This document shows positions 15,664-20,000 of a stretch of DNA of 20,000 bases, one piece after another. The stretch's first letter is position 1; each line of letters starts with the position of its first letter. The notes under the pieces are model-generated. The model was not told the DNA's origin and made no database searches. It saw nothing but the letters and a program-made list of their open reading frames with translations. The DNA lies in the IMG/VR virus record IMGVR_UViG_3300025674_000003, one strand, 5' to 3'. Source of the DNA: an uncultured virus (IMG/VR IMGVR_UViG_3300025674_000003). Taxonomy: Duplodnaviria; Heunggongvirae; Uroviricota; Caudoviricetes; Crassvirales. A program made the position numbers and the translations under genes.

Positions 15664-17625
15664 TTACTTCTTTTTATCTCCACTAAAAACCATTTTACTA
15701 CCAAATAAACCACCTGTAACAGCTGGTAATTTATTCATTGATTTAGCTAAAGAAGAAAAATTACTTTTAGATTTATCCATAAAATCAAAAATTCTAGTAC
15801 CACTTACATTTACATCTTTACCATCGCTTTTTAACACGGCTTGAGTTACTGGATTTTTATCAAAATAATTTTTAGCTTTAGATAAAATCTGTGGAGTTAT
15901 TTTATCATAAGGATTTTTTATAAAACCTTGATCAAGCAAAGATTGTCTTAATTCTCCCGCAAAAGCCCTAGGCTCCATATTTCCACTTCCTCCATATTTA
16001 AAATAATCGTAATCTATGTCTGATGCTGGTTGATTTGCTAAATGATCTTGAAATCGTGAGTCTGCTGCTTTGTGATTTTTAGCAAAATCATCGCTATGAA
16101 CATTTAGATTATCTCTTGCAGATAGCAGATCATCATATTTTTTGTTATAATCTAAAACCTCTTTGCTAGGTTTAATAGCACTAGATAACTCTCTGTCAAG
16201 AGGCGTTGTTCTACCAACTTGAAAACCGTGTTGCTGTTCGTGAGCATAGATTGTTTTTGGTTTAGCTATATTTTTATCTCCTAAAATAAAATTACCTTTA
16301 TTTAATTGAGAGGCATTTTGAACGCCTTGTAATGAAAATCTATCAACATCATTAGTTTTTTTAAAACCACCAAAAGTAGCATTGGAATCTAAATATTCTC
16401 TAGGAACAGAATTATATAATATGTCTTTTGCTTCACTGTAATTTAATTTCCCTCCTTTTATAGCCTCAGCTGCCCTTTCATTTAAATTAGGTTTAGACAT
16501 TTCTTGAATTCTAAAATTAACATTTTTTTGCGCTTGTTCAGCTAAGTCAGCATCAAATAGTTTTTTTGTTTTTGTGCCAAGACCGCCTAAAAAGTTTTGT
16601 TCAATTTCTAAAAATTCATTACCAGGTGTTTGTTTTCTTATAAATGGATGGGCGTGTGCTTCAGGGATTTGCATTGTTTTTCTTAATTTTTCCATTTCAC
16701 CCTGTAAATAACCTAACTCTTGATCATATAATCTTTTTTGACCTTCAGGTGTATTTAATCGCTCCATTGTTTTTAATCTTTCAAATTTACTAACCTCAGC
16801 GTTTTTACTTAAATCTTCAAGAGTATTATACATAGATTCTCTAGTTTTTGGATTAAATCTTCCAAATATACCTGGTGATTCTGGTAATTTACTAGCCGCA
16901 CTAGCAGCTTCGTCTCCTTTTGCAGCCAAACTATAAACTAAATCATCTGATTTGTTTGCTAGTCCTTTTGCTAATTTAGCTCCTTTTGCACCTTTAGTTA
17001 ATAATCCAGCTCCAAAGAGTAAATTGGCTGGATCTGCTACTATATCCATAGCTGTATTTAAAGAACCTCCTAAATCCCATCCAGGTTTATCTTCAAAACC
17101 TATTGTTTCAGATGGTAGTCTTTGTGATCCAGGTGTAAGAGCGTTTGCAAAATTATAAGGATTTCCTCTCAAAGCTTCTATACCTTCAACCGCAAGTGAT
17201 TGAGGAGCTTGAAGTGTTGTCATTACCATGGATGCAGGCTGTTCTGCTAATATACCTGTTACCATATCCATAGCATCACCTGCTAAACCTTCTCTAGTTT
17301 GAGCTCTTCTTCTAACACCTCTACCAATTGCCCCTGAGTCGTTAAAATATTCTTTTTGTTGATCAGAAAGTTCATCAAATAAAGGATATTGATTATAATC
17401 TACATCTGATCTTACTACTACTTCATCAAGATTTGGTCTATGTATCGAACCTTCTCCAAAGTATTTAGCATATTCCGCATCTGACATACCAGAATCGCTT
17501 TGTGTAGTATAAACTAAATCATCAACTATTTGTTGACCATCTTTTTTGCTATGAGGTTTGCCTTCATGCATTTTAACAGGACTAGAACTTCTTAGTTTTC
17601 CGAAATAATTTTTTTTAAGCCCCAT
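15664..17625 (-). CDS. Probable internal virion (cargo/ejection) protein with a C-terminal zincin-like HExxH motif (653 aa)
   Basis: YAHEQQHG (16228-16242) followed by MEPRAF. Also a glycine-rich hydrophobic segment DPANLLFGAGLLTKGAKGAK, an LDEVVV motif and N-terminal SSPVK. Confidence 0.5.
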   Translation of the reverse strand: MGLKKNYFGKLRSSSPVKMHEGKPHSKKDGQQIVDDLVYTTQSDSGMSDAEYAKYFGEGSIHRPNLDEVVVRSDVDYNQYPLFDELSDQQKEYFNDSGAIGRGVRRRAQTREGLAGDAMDMVTGILAEQPASMVMTTLQAPQSLAVEGIEALRGNPYNFANALTPGSQRLPSETIGFEDKPGWDLGGSLNTAMDIVADPANLLFGAGLLTKGAKGAKLAKGLANKSDDLVYSLAAKGDEAASAASKLPESPGIFGRFNPKTRESMYNTLEDLSKNAEVSKFERLKTMERLNTPEGQKRLYDQELGYLQGEMEKLRKTMQIPEAHAHPFIRKQTPGNEFLEIEQNFLGGLGTKTKKLFDADLAEQAQKNVNFRIQEMSKPNLNERAAEAIKGGKLNYSEAKDILYNSVPREYLDSNATFGGFKKTNDVDRFSLQGVQNASQLNKGNFILGDKNIAKPKTIYAHEQQHGFQVGRTTPLDRELSSAIKPSKEVLDYNKKYDDLLSARDNLNVHSDDFAKNHKAADSRFQDHLANQPASDIDYDYFKYGGSGNMEPRAFAGELRQSLLDQGFIKNPYDKITPQILSKAKNYFDKNPVTQAVLKSDGKDVNVSGTRIFDFMDKSKSNFSSLAKSMNKLPAVTGGLFGSKMVFSGDKKK

Positions 17626-17627
17626 AA

Positions 17628-18095
17628 TTAAGAATTTTTAGTTTTTTGATAAGCTTCTTTTTCCCAAGGTAAATTTTTTGCACCTTCATTCATATCGTCT
17701 CTTGAATATGTTTTACCTTCCCAATAAACATTGTCGTCATCATAACTTAGCCTACCATCTTTTATTTGTTTAATATGCACCATTTCATGATCTATGACAT
17801 CTTGCTTTTGTTTTGGATCTTTAATGTCTTTATTTATAAGTATACTACCATTGTTAGTAGCCATACCTAAAGTATCATCACCCATATCTACGTGCATTAT
17901 AGGTGTATTGGAATTTTCTTCATTATATGGTGATCCTTTCATTTTAAAACCCATTTTTAAAGGAGAAGTTCTTTTACTTTTAGCTGCTTTTAAAGAAGCG
18001 TCATTTCCAGTTCCAGCGCCAGATCTTTTTCTTGCTTTGTTCCACTCAGGACTATGCATTAAAGAACTCCAACAGTGTTTTATTGGTGAACCCAT
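17628..18095 (-). CDS. Small zincin-like metalloprotease (155 aa)
   Basis: LGMA...ILIN...VIDHEMVHIKQ (HExxH at 17775-17789) and a downstream LPWEKEAY third-ligand motif. Confidence 0.7.
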   Translation of the reverse strand: MGSPIKHCWSSLMHSPEWNKARKRSGAGTGNDASLKAAKSKRTSPLKMGFKMKGSPYNEENSNTPIMHVDMGDDTLGMATNNGSILINKDIKDPKQKQDVIDHEMVHIKQIKDGRLSYDDDNVYWEGKTYSRDDMNEGAKNLPWEKEAYQKTKNS

Positions 18096-18110
18096 ATATT
18101 AGTTTTTTTA

Positions 18111-18142
18111 TAAATAAACCCCGCGACAGTTAAGCCGCGAGG
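18111..18142 (-). terminator. Rho-independent terminator
   Basis: Minus strand CCTCGCGGC-TTAACT-GTCGCGGGG (9-bp stem, two G-U pairs) followed by TTTATTTA, just downstream of the 129-aa gene. Confidence 0.8.
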
Positions 18143-18166
18143 ATATATTTAATTGATGGTTAGTTT

Positions 18167-18556
18167 TTATACAGTTGTATCAGTTATAACAGACCATGAG
18201 TGCCAGTACATTTGTGCTGGACTAGCAGACTCGTCTTTACCTAATTGAGCTGTAGCAGCAACACCACCTGGATTAGCAGTCATAGCTTTTACAATAGCTT
18301 GATCAGGAGCAGCTGAACCATTAGTGATTGTTGGATTAGTTAGTGCACCTTTAGCTTTAGATACTTCTATTTCTACAACTCTTCCAGCAATACCTGCAGC
18401 AGCTGAATTTCCACCAGCTGGTGATCTTAATACAATACTTACTTTGTTTGTTCCATCGTAAGAAATGTCCCCGATATTGTCAACATCTAGTAAGTGAGCT
18501 TTTTGATTTGCAGGTGTGCTAGTGTCAACAATATTAAATTTAATGAATTTTGCCAT
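18167..18556 (-). CDS. Small probable structural protein (129 aa)
   Basis: A/G/T/S-rich beta-type composition, A-rich leader and its own terminator suggest a highly expressed virion protein. Function unknown. Confidence 0.55.
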   Translation of the reverse strand: MAKFIKFNIVDTSTPANQKAHLLDVDNIGDISYDGTNKVSIVLRSPAGGNSAAAGIAGRVVEIEVSKAKGALTNPTITNGSAAPDQAIVKAMTANPGGVAATAQLGKDESASPAQMYWHSWSVITDTTV

Positions 18557-18619
18557 TTTGTTTTTGTTTTTGTTTTTGTTAATGAATTTGTTTGACTTGG
18601 GTTTTACAGTTCCCTACTG

Positions 18620-19174
18620 TTATCCTTTTAATCCAAATTTAAGTCCTTTATCAACTTTCATTTTTAATGCATGAATCTTTTTAAGCATGATAGGATCTCC
18701 TTTCATCATAGCTGGATCGTTTGCATCACCCATAGCATTATAAGCTCCAGACATATCTTTAATATCGTCTGAATCAGCTAAATTTTTTATAGGCATTGTT
18801 TCACCGTCTACTACCATTGTTTTTGCATTTGGATCTTTCTTTAATGTTTCAGCTTTTATAAAGCCTAAGTTTTTAGGAGCATGCTCCATTTTAGCAGCAG
18901 CTTCAGCTTTGCTAGCCATTACAGCTTTTCTTTGAGCGTCTGGCATGTCTTTTACAGCTACTTTAGGTGCTGGATCTCCATACATTTTAGCAGCTGGCTC
19001 TCCGTACATTTTAGCAACACAGTGCTTTTTTGCTGGATGAGAGTGCTTGTCGTGTTCACTATTTTCTAAATAATGCAGTCTAGCTTTAGCAGTAAGGTCT
19101 TTATTGTAAGCTTCTCTAGCATCATATTTTTGACCCGAAGAATATCTCGGATGATTTCCTGAATAATTTCCCAT
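18620..19174 (-). CDS. Low-complexity K/M/A/P-rich protein with short internal repeats (184 aa)
   Basis: ATG with an A-rich leader; AKMYGEPA-AKMYGDPA repeats. Confidence 0.7.
   Translation of the reverse strand: MGNYSGNHPRYSSGQKYDAREAYNKDLTAKARLHYLENSEHDKHSHPAKKHCVAKMYGEPAAKMYGDPAPKVAVKDMPDAQRKAVMASKAEAAAKMEHAPKNLGFIKAETLKKDPNAKTMVVDGETMPIKNLADSDDIKDMSGAYNAMGDANDPAMMKGDPIMLKKIHALKMKVDKGLKFGLKG
18969..19016. repeat. 24-bp tandem duplication (2 copies, 2 mismatches) encoding AKMYG(E/D)PA
   Basis: gctggatctccatacattttagca / gctggctctccgtacattttagca read directly from the sequence. Confidence 0.9.
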
Positions 19175-19202
19175 TTTGGTTTTGTTTTTGTTATTGTTGT
19201 TG

Positions 19203-19547
19203 TTATTGTTTGAGTTTATCTATTATGCTTTTACCAATGCCAAGTAATCCACCTGTCGCAACATCTGCGATTTTAAATTTGTTTTTATTAACAAACTTTT
19301 TAGCATCACTAGTAAAGTCACTAACTTTTTCTGAAAAAGTTTTTGGTATTGTATTATCATATTTCCAGTCAAGTTTGTCATAAACAGCTCTTCTACCTTT
19401 ACTACCAGGAGGATTGTTTTGTAACATTTGACTTTTAATAGCATCTACTCCTCTTTTTTGTAGATCGCTTGATGATACTTTTATTGAAGACCCATCGTCT
19501 TGCAATATATTTTTTTTATCGTGATGATTTCTAATTGGTGATGGCAT
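19203..19547 (-). CDS. Small basic hypothetical protein (114 aa)
   Basis: ATG start, tightly packed between neighbours; begins MPSPIR and ends in a glycine-rich amphipathic segment (VATGGLLGIG). Confidence 0.65.
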   Translation of the reverse strand: MPSPIRNHHDKKNILQDDGSSIKVSSSDLQKRGVDAIKSQMLQNNPPGSKGRRAVYDKLDWKYDNTIPKTFSEKVSDFTSDAKKFVNKNKFKIADVATGGLLGIGKSIIDKLKQ

Positions 19548-19558
19548 AATTTTTTATT

Positions 19559-19864
19559 TTAACATTTCCAGCGTCTACGCGCTGCTTTACCTCTTTCGCC
19601 TGTCCAACCTTTGGATCTAGCGCAGAATGATTTTCTTCTTTTAGCATCTTTGCTGCCAGGTTTTACTTTACCTGTTACAGCTGTTTTAAGTTTACTACCA
19701 GGGTTTTTCTTTCTATATTCTTTAACGCCTTTTTCTGTCATACCAGCGCCTTCTTTAGTAGTTCTAAAATTTCTACCTTTACCCTTAGTAGTTTTTCTTG
19801 GCTCGTTTTTATGTAACGGTGATTCTATTGATGATGATTCTTTTATTCTTTTTAACCAAGTCAT
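19559..19864 (-). CDS. Very basic small phage protein, DUF6321-like (RRKSFCAR...RRWKC)
   Basis: Motif GMTEKGVKEYRKKNPGSKLKTAVT...RRKSFCAR...ARRRWKC. Start moved from the track's 19930 to ATG 19864 because an upstream ORF ends at 19866. Confidence 0.7.
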   Translation of the reverse strand: MTWLKRIKESSSIESPLHKNEPRKTTKGKGRNFRTTKEGAGMTEKGVKEYRKKNPGSKLKTAVTGKVKPGSKDAKRRKSFCARSKGWTGERGKAARRRWKC

Positions 19865-19865
19865 A

Positions 19866-20000
19866 TTATTCTCCGCATTTTTTTGATGGATCATCAACTC
19901 TTCTCCAGTCTTCTTTTTCAAACCAGTCACGTAATGTAGCGCCTTTTTTACGAGCGCCTTTTACATTAGTCTTTGATGATCTTTTATATTTACCTTTAGC
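19866..20000 (-). CDS. 3' end of a basic phage protein (partial)
   Basis: Hand translation from 20000: AKGKYKRSSKTNVKGARKKGATLRDWFEKEDWRRVDDPSKKCGE*. The stop lies 1 nt before the next ATG. Confidence 0.7.
   Translation of the reverse strand, partial: AKGKYKRSSKTNVKGARKKGATLRDWFEKEDWRRVDDPSKKCGE

Noticed and set aside
18597..18622. preQ1-I riboswitch
   Set aside because: Similar overall shape (short stem, A-tract, loop pairing), but the 5-nt loop is too short and lacks the conserved ligand-binding loop sequence; kept only as a generic pseudoknot candidate.
19223..19444. 73-aa alternative-frame minus-strand ORF inside the 114-aa gene
   Set aside because: Short, with no compositional anomaly or motif, unlike the terL nested ORF; consistent with chance.
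4820..19886. Plus-strand ORFs in the track (4820, 7238, 8243, 11492, 12755, 16952, 17794, 18881, 19611)
   Set aside because: All are antisense shadows of well-supported minus-strand genes, with F/L/S-rich composition expected from reverse-complemented K/E-rich codons and no recognisable motifs.
1..20000. Stop-codon reassignment as in some crAss-like phages
   Set aside because: All core genes are full length under the standard bacterial code with dense packing, and the GroES-like gene ends at TGA.
1..20000. tRNA, rRNA, CRISPR array or transposase
   Set aside because: Intergenic gaps are all about 70 bp or less and contain only hairpins or AT-rich leaders; no repeat-spacer periodicity or mobile-element ORFs seen.

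Overview
This is a 20 kb piece of an AT-rich dsDNA tailed-phage genome with all real genes on the minus strand. It covers the virion morphogenesis module of a Bacteroidota (probably Flavobacteriia) podophage with crAss-like / Cellulophaga-phage-like gene order. In transcription order (right to left): a cluster of small basic or probable internal-virion proteins and two zincin-motif proteins, a GldL (gliding/T9SS motor stator) homologue, a 3TM-family holin, a head-spike-base-like protein, small conserved ORFs, a tandem GroES-like protein, putative TerS, TerL, portal, scaffold, major capsid protein, three head-tail/ring proteins and a truncated tail stabilization (muzzle-type) protein. Most notable: (1) a phage-encoded, shortened but motif-intact GldL translationally coupled to the holin; (2) a 216-codon out-of-frame ORF nested in TerL, with a sharp local GC/codon shift and a lipoprotein-like N-terminus; (3) a FISUMP domain inserted into the tail stabilization protein; (4) a TonB-box-like motif and shared SP-hydrophobic-basic motifs in probable cargo proteins. 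All family assignments come from recalled motifs and synteny; no database search was run.
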